Shown here one piece after another: positions 37,656 to 51,474 of a stretch of 64,000 nt of DNA. Position 1 is the stretch's first letter; each line of letters opens with the position of its first letter. The stretch is from Ginglymostoma cirratum (lineage: Eukaryota). Made by a program: the position numbers and the translations under genes. The notes under the pieces are model-generated. The model was not told the DNA's origin. It was given only the letters and a program-made list of their open reading frames with translations, and made no database searches. Location of the stretch: the NCBI GenBank assembly GCA_024137785.1, contig JAHRHZ010000059.1, forward strand, positions 2,396,952 through 2,460,951, given 5' to 3'.

Positions 37656-38929
37656 TGGATCGCAGGCAGCATGCTTGAATGCAGAGGGAACAACAAAGGT
37701 GACGGGGGCAACACAACCTAAAAGAGGGGGAAGTTTAGCACACTGGAGGACTTGGAATACTTTAGGAGAGAGAGTTATCAACAGTTATGACCTCAATAGA
37801 GTGATAATGCAGCACTATGGTTGGAATGACTAGGTAACAGAGGCAGGACTCAGGGGAGTAATGATTGAAGAAAACACCGTACTTCAAAGAGATATATGGG
37901 AACATGTGGAAGCTCAGTACTGATAGAGCAACAGTGAGGAAGAGAAGAAAATAGATGTTCAGAGAAGCCCCTTGATTACCTGGCTGAGCCTGTGATTTAA
38001 TGCGCCAAGAAGTCTGTATTGCCTCCCATATGTCATCAAATTATAAATGCGCAATGGGAATGGAAAATGGAATCGACCACACCTGATCTTTACAGAATAA
38101 ATAAATATTTTGTTTGAGGGAGTGGGCTCTAATTGTGAGCAATGTGAGACTCTTTCAAGGATAATTGCATTTATCAAGCATTTACTAGAGGCTGAAGTCA
38201 ACTGCAATCATGATACCCTGCTTGTGAAACGCATGCAATGTCCAATTGTGAGGGATACAAATCCTGGTCATGCACAATCTTGACCATGTCCTTTTTTAAA
38301 TTGATCACAGTCATCTCTGTGAGGCAGAAGCAATCACAGATGACCTTATAAGTGACACTTGTGAGCCACAGTTCACAAAGATAATCTCATAGGCTGCAAA
38401 AGGGCAAGGAGCTTATTTTCTCTCACCTTGAACTGTAAGTATTTGTGAACATTCTCTAACATGAAATGTTGCCCTTCTTGGGTGATATGCAGAGACAAGG
38501 TAGCAGTGATTGTACAGCACTAACAATCTCCTACTGCGTTTGCTGTACATAGCTTGTGCTGCATTCATCAGAATAAGGTCACTCTGTCAAAGGTCCATGT
38601 ACAGGCATTCCATGGGCCTCCTTGTCAGAGTCCTTCATGCCCCACTGTATGGAGGACATGCTAAATGGGAATTTATAGGTGATGTGAATGAAGACTGGTC
38701 ATATCTCTGAAGACCTATTCTGCTTCTATGTCGCTCTGAAGGTGCAGAGAGATGAAGGAGAACAGATTTGCTATCCAGCTCAGGACCTGCACCAACCTCC
38801 AGGAGCTGTCAAAGACCTCCACATGAAGAAATTAAAGTTGAAGGTACCCTCAGGATGCAGAGGTGATACAGGAAGTCTTTCATCCATAATGGCATTTTCT
38901 CCAGATTAGCCAGGCACAGTGTTGCCACA

Positions 38930-39660
38930 GACTGAGGATGTCCAGAACACGGACAAAGAACTATGTCAGCTGCTGGAGCAGGACCTGTGACCCGAAGGAG
39001 TGGGTGGTCGTCCCGTCTCAGGGACTGTCAATGTGAAAGCTGCACTAAACATTTATGCAACTGACTCCCTCTAAGGATCCAAGGAGAATCTTTGTGGGAT
39101 CTCTTAATCCTCAGCCCATAGAAGTATCAAGGCTGTTACTAATGCAATTGGTAGTAGATCGCACTACTTCATCTCGTTTCCCAGTGATGAGGTCAGTGCA
39201 TCAGCTCAGGGAGTGGACTTTGTCAATGTAGCTGGCTTCCCCCACATGCAGAGTGCCATAGACTGTACACAACACATTGAGAGCATCATATCATAATGTG
39301 GCTGGCTTCACCTACAGAAAACAGCTTCCATTCCATCAATGTTCTGTCATCTATGATTATCAGTACCACATCTTCCAGATGCCCTGGGAGCTGCCATAAT
39401 GCGTACATACTTCAGCACTCTCAAGTTCCTGCTTCATTTGAAGGGTCATATGCATTATGTTTACTGGTAGACTAGGGCTACCCTCTGAGACCATGGCTGA
39501 TTCAATTCCACAATTCCCTGACCAAGACTGAGTGGAGATACAATGCAGCCATTCTTCAACCATGACGGAGCAGACGAGACATCTGCTGGGGAAGGAGGGA
39601 GCTTACAGAGTGTGCTGTATAATCCTATCATGCTGTGCTCTGCATAATGAGAACAGACAA
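38930..39660 (+). mobile_element. Decayed PIF/Harbinger DDE transposase
   Basis: Ordered motifs AALNIYAT, AGFPHMQSAIDCT (39231-39269), FHSINV, PGSCHNAYIL, LLVD*GYPLRPWL, RYNAA, CCALHN; stops and frameshifts. Confidence 0.85.
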
Positions 39661-40116
39661 AGAGAGGACATGATAGATGCTGAAGAGCTATGAAAGCAGC
39701 AGGAGTCTTCTGAGGGTGAAGGCAAAGAAATTTAGGATGGAGAACATCACCATCAGCACAATAGAGCAGTACAGCACCAGGCAGAACAAACCAGACAGGG
39801 ACTAATTGACACCCAGTTTCAATAGATAGTGCAGTGATCATTCATTGACTGTAGATTTGTTGTTTCTTGAATGGCAAGTAGTCTCTGTCAGTTCCCAGAT
39901 GTAAATGCAGTTCTTTGTGCTAGAGTAGGGGGAAGAGTAGTAAACCCTTAGGTAGGCTTCTAAAATGAGAAGGTGCTAAGGACATGTAGCCTATACACCT
40001 TGATTCTTACAGCTGCAGTTACAATGACTGTTGAGTGCTGCATTAATAATACGTCGCTACAGGTTAATGTACACTCGACAAAATGTGTGAACGAAAAAAA
40101 GACAGGATCAATTTTG

Positions 40117-40299
40117 TAGAGCTGGATGAACAAAGCAGGCCAAGCAGCATCAGGGGAGCAGGAAAGGTGATGTTTCAGGCCTAGACCCTTCCCGAAACAT
40201 CAGCTTTCCTGCTCCTCTGATGCTGCTTGGCCTGCTGTGTTCATCCAGCTCTATACCTTGTTATCTCAGATTCTCCAGCATCTGCAGTTCCTACTATCT
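40117..40299. mobile_element. Fold-back mini-element, family A
   Basis: Inverted arms joined inside the hammerhead region; perfect 14-bp TSD caggatcaattttg 40103-40116 / 40300-40313. Confidence 0.9.
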
Positions 40300-41099
40300 C
40301 AGGATCAATTTTGCAGTTTTAAAACAGATACTGGACAACAAAGAAATGTCCAATTTAAAATGGGTGGATAGCAGTAATTAGCTATCTGACTGGTTTACAA
40401 AAAAGGAGCAAGCTCTAAGAAACTGTTGGACATTCTGGAGAAAGGGTGCTGCAAAATTAATGTGCAGAGAAAAAACAGAAATATAATATTTTGTCCGTAT
40501 GAATGGTTTGTTTTGTTTGTTTATTATTTTTATTATGATGTTGATTTGTTGAAAATGAAAAAATGGAATCTGATATGGTATGTAGGGATATCTGAGATCT
40601 AATAGAATGATGCTTAGGTGATGGACTTAGTAACTAAGGGCTAATTTAGTATAAAGTGGTTGTGTAAAAATGGGGAGCAAGAAATGGGAGTGGTGAGGGG
40701 GGTGCGGGTGCTGGGTGGTTTATGCAATGTGCTTTACCAAAATAAGGCTACCACTAAAAGTCTGCATGTGGATTCTGTTCTAACTACCATGCATCTTCTG
40801 GAATATGACAAAGCTGAGCACCTTTTAAAAGTTTGATTTTCAGAGGTATTTGGATAAGCTTGCACATACATTATGGAAAGTAAATATGCAGGTGTAGCAA
40901 GCAGTTAAGAAGGCAAATGGAGTGTTAGCCATCATTGCAAAGTGGTTGGAGTGTTAGCATGAAAGGTGAAATTTGGCTTAGTAGCACACATTTTCCTTGC
41001 ATAGTCTCTCAACAGCATTTTGTGTCTACAATCCTACAAATTCCTCATCCTCAACTACTTGTTCAATTTGCTGTAAAAATTATTAAAGAAATTAGCTTC

Positions 41100-42330
41100 T
41101 CTAAACTTTTCAGGTAGAGCTCCAGATTCTAACAATTTTGTCAGAAAAAAAATCTCTGTACTTCCCCTCTAGCTATGTTAGAACATAGAACATAGAACAT
41201 TAGAGCGCAGTACAGGCCCTTCGGCCCTCGATGTTGTGCCGACCTGTAAAACCATGTTGCAATTGACTTTGAATCAATGATGTCTATTTATTTCCTCATT
41301 CATCCGAGCTTATAATTTTTCTCTATCCTATTCTATCGAAACCTTGAATCTTTCATTCAGTCACCTCTTAACCTTCTGTGATTTAAGAACATCACTGATG
41401 TTCCTCATCTCTGGATCCCTCCTCTGTACATTTTCTAAGGCCTCTGTGTCTTTGCTGAAGTATAGTGTTCTGAATTATCCACAGACTCCATTTGAGCCCT
41501 ACCAATGATTTTTAAAATGATTTTATTTTATTCTATTCCTGTATTTATAAACTCAAATAACCCCCATGCATTTTTAACGATGAAGGTTTTGTATTTGTAA
41601 ACACCAATGTCTTCCACTCATCTACACGTCATTATTTCTCGACTACTTTCTTTCCAAATTAGGCCTCCTAAAGCATATCACCCCACTTCCCTACATCCAA
41701 CTCTACCTGCCATGTCTGTTCCCATTCCACCATTCTGTCCAAATGATCCTAAATCCTATAACTAAGCTTTTCACTATTTGCTGCATTGCCGAGTTTCATG
41801 TCATACATACACTTTGTAATGCTGCTGATTTCACTGAAATCTTAGCCATTTAAAAATGTTGCTACAGATTATGGAATGAAAACTGACACTTGGGGAGAAG
41901 CTGTGTAAGACACCTCTCTGCCAGAAAAATATCCATCTATCAATACCTTTACCTTCCTACCACTGGGCCAATTTTGAATCCATACCTCTAAATTCCATCA
42001 GGTTCAATTTTCTTATAAATTCTAAATTCCAAAAATATGTACAAAATCTACCAACTGTCAGGATCAACCTTCTCTGCACCACCATAAAGAATTCAATGAA
42101 GCTGGACAGATCTTTTACAAACCAATTTTCTTTGATTGAATGATGCTATTCTAAATGAATGTTCACATTACCTCAGGTGTTACTGTATTTTTTTTCCAAA
42201 ATCTTATTGAAACAGTAAAAAATATTGATACCCTGTTAAATGAAGTTTCCCTAATATTGAAATATGCTATCGTTCACTCATGGCGTTTTGCTGTTCAGTT
42301 TGATGTTTCTGGTCATTTCACATGGTCACC
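41100..42330 (-). mobile_element. Old CR1 LINE with a young 70-bp CR1 tail inserted at ~41180-41250
   Basis: Degenerate CR1 reverse-strand motifs; insert agaacatagaacatagaac...aggcccttcggccctcgatgttg matches the tail at 29221-29280. Confidence 0.6.
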
Positions 42331-43612
42331 ACATAAGGAAAGAATTCCTCTATCTTGTGTTTGCAGTGAGTTCTGATTCTCTGCAAATGGCAAGAACAGA
42401 TCTTACTGTCTATGTGCTGTGACTGGACTGTATTTGAAATTGACTTTTTTGCCTATAACTCTGTAAATAATCATCACTCATTTTAACCCATTTCGAGGAT
42501 GTCACTGGCACTTGACTGCATCATGCAGAGAAGGCGTAATAGTCAGTGATTTCTTCAGAGCTTTACCGAGTTTCATCAAGTTCACAAAGGATCAGGAGGA
42601 GTTTCAGGGCAATGTCTGATATACAAATTGGTCCTTCTTTAGAAACATTACACAACTTCATTTTAAACACTTCTGAAGTTCTTGTCAATATGACATGTTA
42701 CCACTGAGTTGGGCTAAGAAAGATGAAGTGGGAAAGACCAATTAAGGACATCACCAAAATAGCAAAGCGTAGGAGAGAATGATTGGCTATTGTTAATCTT
42801 GTAGAGAATAGAGGAAAGAAGCCAATGGGTTTCACAACCTTGAGACTCCAGATAATTATTAATTAAAGTAGAAGCCTATGCAACAAGTCTTGATCCAACA
42901 CAGTTGGGTTTCAGGAAGCAAGAACAGCTTGCAGGCTAATGTATTTGGTGTTAAGGGTGAACAATATTGGACAAGCGATGAATACATTGCTGAAATAAAT
43001 GTAGTAAAAGATTGAGAGGTGGTCCAGAGGTGAGGGAAGAAACAGCCATCAAGCAACAACTATTTTTGCTGTCTTTTACTCAGAAGTATGAATGAGGTGT
43101 TGCAAGAATCTCCCAAGACATTTTAGCTGTTTGCAGTTTACCACATGCTGTGCTTTTCCCATAATAACAGCTTGTACATGGGCTTAAATGGTGTCTGCGA
43201 ATTCTTCGGGCAATTTAATAAAATTGTGTGATATGGTGAAAAATTGTACTGTCATTGTTTTCATAATTGGATTTAATTTACAACCTTTAAAATGAAATCT
43301 TTCATTCAATCTCACTTTTTTTAGTTTAAATTGCACCCCCTCCCCCAACTGGATTTGAATTGTGAAACCTCCAAGGGGTATGGGTTTTCTAAATGGCTTC
43401 TTGCTGCTCCCTAAACAGCAACATCGATGATGGAATGATGTCATCAACATCAAAGGCATAGGAACTTTGTGGAAAAACAGATGTTTCTCCCTGAGCAATA
43501 AAACTGGTCTTTGACCTTAACTTTATGGGATTTAGCATCACTCCATTTCAGTATAAATTCTGCACACAAATCTGGTTATAGAAAAATGTACAACAATGTG
43601 TTTCCTGTTAAC

Positions 43613-43791
43613 CAACAAAATCAGAACATGCTGGAGAAACTCAGCAGATCTGGCAGCGTCTATGAGGAGGGAAACAGAGTTAACGATTTGAGCCCTGTGG
43701 CTCTTCTTCAGAATATTGGTCTCAAAACATTAGTTCTGTTTTCTCTCTGTTTTTGTTTCAAATTTCTAGCATCCACAGTTCTTTGTTTCAT
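43613..43791. mobile_element. Older fold-back mini-element, family B-like
   Basis: Minus core CTGAAGA-A-GAGCC-ACAG-GGCTC at 43690-43711; probable TSD tttcctgttaac 43601-43612 / tttgctgttaac 43792-43803. Confidence 0.7.
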
Positions 43792-44029
43792 TTTGCTGTT
43801 AACTTGTTTGTTGAGCCAGATTTTTGAATTCATCTTTGATATCAAATCATTGTTTTATTGATAAAACAAGAGCAACTTTCAAGCAATCTGACCCCTCTCC
43901 TATCCCCTTCCCACCCTCCAAATGCATTTCTTGTTTGTTGCAACAACTGACTCAACTTAGTTCCTCAAGTAGTGAATCACAGACTAGGCAAGCTGAGCAG
44001 GAACTTTCTTCTGAAATTTAAATGTTGCT

Positions 44030-44227
44030 ATAGCCGCAAAGGGCTGTTCTCTCCTTAGACAAGGACAACTGATGGAGAGTTCACCCTGGGGGTTGCTACT
44101 CTGCAGCTGAGGTGTGATGTTGAGAAAGTAGGACCTTCATGGTAACCTTAGCTAGTGCAGAAATTGAACCCATGCTGTTGGCATCGCTTTGCATCACCAA
44201 CCAGCTGTCCAGCCAACTGAGCTAACC
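44030..44227 (-). mobile_element. tRNA-derived SINE
   Basis: Minus head ggttagctcagttggctgg...gggttcaatt; homologous to 49838-50030. Confidence 0.65.
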
Positions 44228-45906
44228 TTTCCTTTGCTCACCAACATTGAGAGCCTGCCCACCTCCCTCAATTGAATTGGCAACTCAATCCATACCAATT
44301 ATAGGTATGAAAATCCCAATGAGTGCCTGCTCTCCCGCCTCTATCCCCTGCCCCACTACAGATTCAGGATCTGGAAACAGTCTTGGTTTGTGTTTCCCAC
44401 TACTATAAGGATACTCCAATTGTTGAGATAATAAACAAATCGTTGAGCTATCATCACAAGTTTTCTCATGGTTTATTTGGCAAGGCACTGCCTAAGAAGA
44501 TATTGTACAATATAGCTCTGCCTAGTCATCGATCTGTATTGAGTTTGCTAATCTCAATCAAAGCAGCAGTTCCAGAGCTACGACTGGTCTCAGGCAGGAC
44601 TTGCACTTCCGAAAGTTATTGAAAGACTCCTATTGGAAAAATTAAGTGTACATGTACTTTGAGTAACAATGGATTTCCTCGACTATGATTGCCTCTGTAT
44701 GGTGCAAGAGCCTGCTGAAACCATTGCCAACCTACATGAGTGAGGATTGGCAATTGATATTCCTATTGGAACATGCTTTTGTATGAAAACATCTTTCAAG
44801 AGGTGACAGGAATCAGAGTGAGGGGGAGAGAAAAGAGACAGCAAATAGGAAAGTGTTTGCTTATTTTCTCAATGCAAAGACATGATGGAAACCAACTGCT
44901 AACCCCACCAATTCTATCTCCAACATTAATCCTGAGCATTTCTGGATTTCTGTGCATGCAATATATCTGAAAATTTCCACAATTGTTGAGAAGAAGCAGA
45001 AAATGCCAACAGATAATTTGATAATACAGTGCTCATATCATGAAAATTAGCCTGTCACATTTTTGGCCAACTTGCTGACAAAGCAAGCAGTACAATTGAC
45101 TTAGTGTAAGCAGAGTTTATTGTGATTCCTCACCAGACAGGTTTACTCGCTACTCCTTCCAGAATACCACACTGCTGGGGTTAATGTTCAGAGACTTGCA
45201 TCATCTTATGGTTTGGTTCAAGTCCAACATGCAAATAATTAATTACATTAGCTGCTTAACTTCGCTGTTCTGTGAAAAGTGACATCATCCCATGGAGTGT
45301 TTTGGCAACAGAGCAGAAAAAACTTTCATGGGCAGGAAATTTATTAAAAAAAGACAAATGTCTCTGAATGCTTAACTAGCCCATGTGGAACGCACAAAAC
45401 CATTTATAGTCAAGCAGAGATTAAATCATATTAGAAAGTTGTGAAGAAGATGTCACTTGGAGGGAGTATTTATCAAGGTGACAGATAACTGCACTAGAGA
45501 CTGGAATAAATGTCTCCACTTCCCAATTAATAACCATCTCATAGATTACCAGGTCAGGAATGGGGCAACTCAAATATAATACAAAGCTGCCCTACTTTTA
45601 TAGCAATCTCAGCCCTAATATTATTAGATCAATTAGACTATTATGATGTTTTATTTTTTCTTAGTTTCTGTCCTCATTGGCTATCAGAGTGCAGAGAACA
45701 AATGCCCATTCCAAATTGGCTGATGCTCAGATTTGTGACTTGGATGAAATAACAACTGGAAACAGAGTGTATTCTGCACCTGACCAATCTGTAATGGACT
45801 GGCTTCATCCACAGACTGAGTCAGCCTAATTGAAATATTCAGGATGTGCGCTATTATGAGGCACCCATTAAATGGGCTGGTAGCACAATTGTTTAAAAAT
45901 GATTTC

Positions 45907-46017
45907 AGAGATAGTAGGAACTGCAGATGCTGGAGAATATGAGATAACAAGGTGTAGAGCTGGATGAACACAGCAGGCCAAGCAGCATCAGAGGAGCTGG
46001 AAAGCTGACGTTTCGGG
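45907..46017 (-). mobile_element. Family A PLE terminus running into an assembly gap
   Basis: Same arm as 16338-16468; N gap 46018-46417 starts at stem II. Confidence 0.85.
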
Positions 46018-46439
46018 NNNNNNNNNNNNNNNNNNNNNNNNNNNNNNNNNNNNNNNNNNNNNNNNNNNNNNNNNNNNNNNNNNNNNNNNNNNNNNNNNNN
46101 NNNNNNNNNNNNNNNNNNNNNNNNNNNNNNNNNNNNNNNNNNNNNNNNNNNNNNNNNNNNNNNNNNNNNNNNNNNNNNNNNNNNNNNNNNNNNNNNNNNN
46201 NNNNNNNNNNNNNNNNNNNNNNNNNNNNNNNNNNNNNNNNNNNNNNNNNNNNNNNNNNNNNNNNNNNNNNNNNNNNNNNNNNNNNNNNNNNNNNNNNNNN
46301 NNNNNNNNNNNNNNNNNNNNNNNNNNNNNNNNNNNNNNNNNNNNNNNNNNNNNNNNNNNNNNNNNNNNNNNNNNNNNNNNNNNNNNNNNNNNNNNNNNNN
46401 NNNNNNNNNNNNNNNNNTTCGCAGGAATCAGTCTGGTAA

Positions 46440-48100
46440 GTCTTCATTGCACACCCTCCATATCCAGAACTTCATCCTCTAATTGGTATGCCAAAGCTGC
46501 ACAGAATTCTCCAAGTCTGTTAACACCAAGGCACTGTATATTCACAGTAAGACATCCCTGCTTCTGTACTCAAATCCTCTTGCTGAGAAGGCTAACATAG
46601 TATTTGCCTTCTTCACCACTTGCTGTACCAACATACTTATTTTCAGACATTGGTGTACAAGGACATTCAGGTCTCATTGCACTTGCCCTTTTCCCAATCT
46701 ATTGTCTTTCAAATAATAATCCACCTTCCTGTTTTTTGCTACCAAAGTGGATAACCTCACATTTATCCAGATTGTACCTCATCTGCCATGCATTTGTCCA
46801 CTGACTCAACTTGTCCAAATCGCACTGAAGCATCTCTGCATCCTCCTTACATTTTCTTCACCCTCCCACCTAGCTTTGTGTTGTCTGCAAACTTGGAGAT
46901 TTATGTTTAGTTCCTTCATTGAAATCATAAATATATATTGTGAATAGCTAGGGTACAAGCAGTAAACCCTACAACACTCTGCTGATCACTGGCTGTCTCT
47001 CAGAAAACGAACTGTTTGTTCCTTTTTGTTTCTTGTCTGGCAGCCATGTTCTCTATCCATGTCAGTACACAACCCCCAATTCCATACACGTTAATTTTAC
47101 ATGCTAAGCTCTCTTGTGGGAACTAATTGAACACCTTTTGAAAGTCCATGTAAACCATATCTGCTGCATCCCTGATCAATTATCCTCAAAAAATTCCAAT
47201 AGATCTGTCAAGCATGGTTTTTTTTGTCATCCATGCTAACTGTCCAATACTGTCACTACTTTCCAAGTGCTCTGCTATAACATCTTTTATAATGGACTCT
47301 AGCACTTTTCCTACTACTGATGCAAGGCCTATAATTCCCCATTTCCTCTCTGTCTCTTTTTAAAAAAATAATTAGATTACATTAGCTAACTTCCAATCCA
47401 AAGGAACTGTTTGAGAGTCTAAAGAATCTTGAAAGATGATTGCCAATGCATCTGCTGAACTACTTTGTGATATTGATTGTCAAGCCCTGGGGATTTTTCA
47501 GCCTTTAATCACATAAATTTTCCCAACACCATTTTCCCACTAATACTGACTTCCTTCTGCTTGTCTCTCGCACCAGACCATGCATTCCACATCATTTATG
47601 GGATGATATGTGAGTCCTCTTTTGTGACAACAAAACCAAAACATGTAATTAATTTGTTCTCAATTATAACCTTCCCTGTTTCTGGTTGTAAGGGACTTAC
47701 ATTTGGCTTGACTAATCTTGTTCTCTTCACATACCTATTTACATTCAGTTTTTATATTCTTTGTAAACTTACTCCTGTACTCTATGTTTCCCTTGGTATC
47801 TCTAAGCTCTACATATATGGATTCCAATTTGGCTAATATCATTCCTCCCTACTGTGTTTATGTCCTTATTAGCTAATAATGCTACCCCATCTCCTTTTCA
47901 TCTTTGTCTGGCCATGCCAAAAATGGAATACCTCTGAGTGTCCAGTCCCCTCCCCAGTTACCCTGCAGCCAAATCACTGGAATCCCAACAGTATTGTATC
48001 CCATTGTATCTATTTGCATGACTAATTCATCCACATTATTGTGAATGCTCTGCACATTAAGGTACAATGCTCTAAGTCTTGTCTTCTTAATACGTTTAGT
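46440..48100 (-). mobile_element. CR1 LINE with internal deletions (endonuclease start plus RT fragments)
   Basis: Minus-strand LRALYLNVQSIHNNVDEL..YNTVGI (AP endonuclease start); RT-region similarity at 46440-47300. Confidence 0.75.
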
Positions 48101-48458
48101 CTTGTCCACATCATTTAGCATTGTGGCTTGAATTCTCTGCCGGTCGCTTTCCGTTTTTCTGATTCTGTCTTTTGTTATTGTCCTTGTTTCTCTCTCTTCT
48201 GTGTCCTTGTATAGAGGTGAAAAGTACATCGGTGTAATACAAGATAATGTTAGATCCTCTATTTTTTGCTCAAGGACACAGGAAACCCACAATAGCTGAA
48301 AGAGAAATATGATAGCTGACAGACCCCCAAATGTCAGCCCTCTCACCACTTCTGTGGAAGAATCTCTCCAAATCTTCAGAGATGATGTCAGTGATATAAC
48401 ATAGGAAGTGGACTAGGAGTTCAATTGCGACTGTGGGCTTAAAAGAAATTCTAGCCTT

Positions 48459-48743
48459 AAAAACCAAAAGAACTGCGAATGTTGTAAATCAGGAACAAAA
48501 ACAAAAATTGCAGGAAAAGCTCAGCTTCCTCAGTTCTGAGGAAGGGTCACCGGACCAGAAGTGTTAACTTTGATTTTTTTCTTCACAGATGCCACCAGAC
48601 CTGCTGAGCTTTTCCTGCAAATTCTGTCTTTTCTCCTGATTTACAGGATCCACAGTTGTTTTTGGTTTTTAGGGTTTTCAAAGGCCGCAGTTGCAATTGA
48701 GCTCCTAGTCAGTTCTGAGGAAGGTCATCGGATTCGAAAGGTT
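48459..48743. mobile_element. Complex family B mini-element with two hammerhead-like cores and captured flank
   Basis: Cores at 48536-48565 and 48715-48743; probable TSD 48446-48458 / 48744-48756 (11/13). Confidence 0.72.
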
Positions 48744-49179
48744 AAATTCTAATCTTGGCCAATTGTGCTGAAACAAGAGGAGGGAGGTCTTGTAGATGGA
48801 TCAGAATGTATCAGAGCCAGATTTTCAGGGGTTTGATTTTAAAAGAAAGATGTTTATAGAGCAACAAATGTTTCAGCAAGGACTAGACACTGTAGAAGCC
48901 AACAGGCTGTAGAAATGGCATTTCTAAATCATACATGGAAGGTTTTGTACACTGCAACTTTAAACCATCTTCACCTGGAGTTGAATTGCCATAACAGAAT
49001 CTCCAAGATTATTTTGTGTTATTCCATAGACATTTAGAGGTCTGGAGTTTGATGTTTGAAAGAACTTGATATCTGGTTATAGACAACATAAACAAGAGCT
49101 AAGTGAACTTATTTTTGCCCTTCAGATTAGTGGCTCACTTGATAAATCTATCGCAGTAGTTCCCATTCTAGATGTCATT

Positions 49180-49757
49180 GGTCAAAGCATTGAGTAAACA
49201 AGTTAGTACATCATTTTGCAGCTGTACAGGACATGGATAAGGCATACTCCATACAGTTCTGGTCATCCTGTTATAGAAAAGGCATTATTAAAGTGCGAAG
49301 TGTGGAAAAATTACTTACAAGAATGTTACCAAGACTGAAGGGTTTGAGTTATAAGGAGAGGGTGGGTAGGCTAAGACTTTTTCCTCTGGAGCATAAGAGG
49401 CTGAGGGTGACCTTATAAAGATTGAAAAAATCATGACGCGCATTGTTAAAGTGAACAGAAAAGGTCTTTTTCCCTATGGTAGGGGAGTTCAAAACAAGAG
49501 TGCATAATTTAAGGTGAGGGGGGAAAGACTTAAAAGGGACCTAAGAGGCAACTTTTGCACACAGAGGGTGGTGTGTGTATGGAACGTACTGCCGGAGGAA
49601 GTGGTGGATGCAGGTACAATTACAACATTTAAAAGACATTTGGACAGGTACATAAATAGGAAAGGTTTAGATGGATATGGGTCAGATGTAGGCAACTGGG
49701 ACTAGTTTAATTTGGGAAAACAAATTGGTCTATCTCTGTGCTGTATGATTCTATGAC
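49180..49757 (+). mobile_element. CR1 LINE 3' end
   Basis: QFWSSCYRK, DLRGNFCTQRVVCVWNVLP; tail tgtatgattctatgactc. Confidence 0.88.
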
Positions 49758-49837
49758 TCCTTGTCATTGAAACTGTAAAATTAACCAGTGTGGACTGCAG
49801 TACTGAAACCAAACTGCAAGGTATTCCAGCTTGGGTA

Positions 49838-50030
49838 TGGTTAGCACAGTTGGCTGAATGACGGGTTTGTGATACTAACAGAAACAACGTGCGTTCAATT
49901 CCCTCACTAGATCAAATCATCATAAAGACTTTGCCTGCTTAGCCTCACGCCTTGTCTAAGGCATGGTAATGCTCAGATTTAACTCATTATCAGTCTCACT
50001 CTAATAAGAGGGCAACATCTGGGACTACAC
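49838..50030 (+). mobile_element. tRNA-derived SINE
   Basis: tggttagcacagttggctg...gttcaattccc; homologous to 44030-44227. Confidence 0.6.
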
Positions 50031-50189
50031 CACGTTTAGAAGCACCATTTTTAGAAATCTAGATGATGATATTATTGTGGGAGACAGGGATTGAATTTGT
50101 ATTCTTGACCAGGTGTGGTAGTCAAGAGATGATCTCCTCTATACACATAACCTCTACTTCCCATATCCTACCTTATACCAAGTTCCCTT

Positions 50190-50515
50190 CACTGCAGTAA
50201 CTCACCAAGGCTCCTTTAATAGCACTTTTCAAATTCGCGACATCTACTATTTAGATGGATGTGGGTAGCAAATGCATATGAACACCAACGCCTGCAACAC
50301 CTTGAAGCCATACACAACCCTAACCTGGAAATGTACAGATGTTCTTTCACTGTCACTGGGTCAAATTCCTGAAACATCCTTACTAACAGCATCTAGGTGT
50401 AGCTACATCATTTGGACGTCAGGAAGGCAAATCTTCATCGCCTTTTGAGAGGCAATTAGGGATGGGCACCAAATGCTGACCTAGCCAGTGATGCCCACAC
50501 CCCATGAAAGAATAA
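50190..50515 (+). mobile_element. Second-family LINE 3' end
   Basis: ggcaattagggatgggcaccaaatgctgacctagccagtgatgcccacac tail. Confidence 0.7.
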
Positions 50516-51297
50516 CTATTCTTTAACTGTTCTTAAAATGTTTATGGTGACCCACCTTATTTAACTACTTCAGTGCAGGTAGCTCTTTCATGTTATTAGG
50601 TAGGAGTTTCCAAAATTTTAAAACAGCAATGATAAAGGAATGGCAATATATTTACAAGTCAGAATGGTACATGTCTTCTAGGTGGTGATCACAGGCTGGA
50701 TATTACTGTTGAAGAGCCTTGACAAGTCCTCAAAATGCGTCTTATAGATGGTATATATTGCAATTACTGTGCACGGGTGTTGGAGAGAGTGAAATGTTTA
50801 AGATATTCAAGCTGGCAGTGTAACATCCTCTTCCTCCATTACTCCTTGATTTCATGATTTAATGTGTGAATATAACGTAAATGTCCAACTACAAAAGTTC
50901 CAAGCTGAAGCACGTGGACCTTGGAAGGAAATGACTTCCCTGTAGCAAATAACAAACTGGCTGGTGGCAAAATAGTGTTCAACAGAAAATAAAGATAAAA
51001 ATTGCAATTGAAATGATTTAGAAATAAACATCTAATTATGCATATTATTTCCTCCTGTTCTAGAGTGTTGTGCAACCTTGAGCATTGCATTTTTTTGTGG
51101 CTGTGAATTTGATTCAGTTAAATGATGTATGAGCAAAACCATTTGTACAATTCTCCGTCATCAGGCTAATAAAAATAACAGAACTAAGATTTATAATTGT
51201 CATTTCCACCTTATTTACATTGAACTGCTAAAAAACACACAGGTCAATCCCCAAATAATCAGCAATAACTGTAGGAAAAGGGATGGATGTGAACATT

Positions 51298-51420
51298 GAG
51301 TCACAGAGTTGTACGGCACGGAAACAGACCCTTCAGTCCAACTCGTCCATGCTGACCAGATATCCTAAATTAATCCAGTCTCATTTGCCAGCATTGGGCC
51401 CATATCCCTCTAAGGCCTTC
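51298..51420 (-). mobile_element. CR1 3' tail
   Basis: Homologous to 3460-3580. Confidence 0.75.
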
Positions 51421-51474
51421 CCATGGTGGTGATCGATTCTCCACTGCTGCTCTCTGCACAATGTCTAGTGTATG

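Noticed and set aside
45905-46447. Long ORFs spanning N runs (also 56512-57132)
   Set aside because: Artefacts of translating assembly gaps
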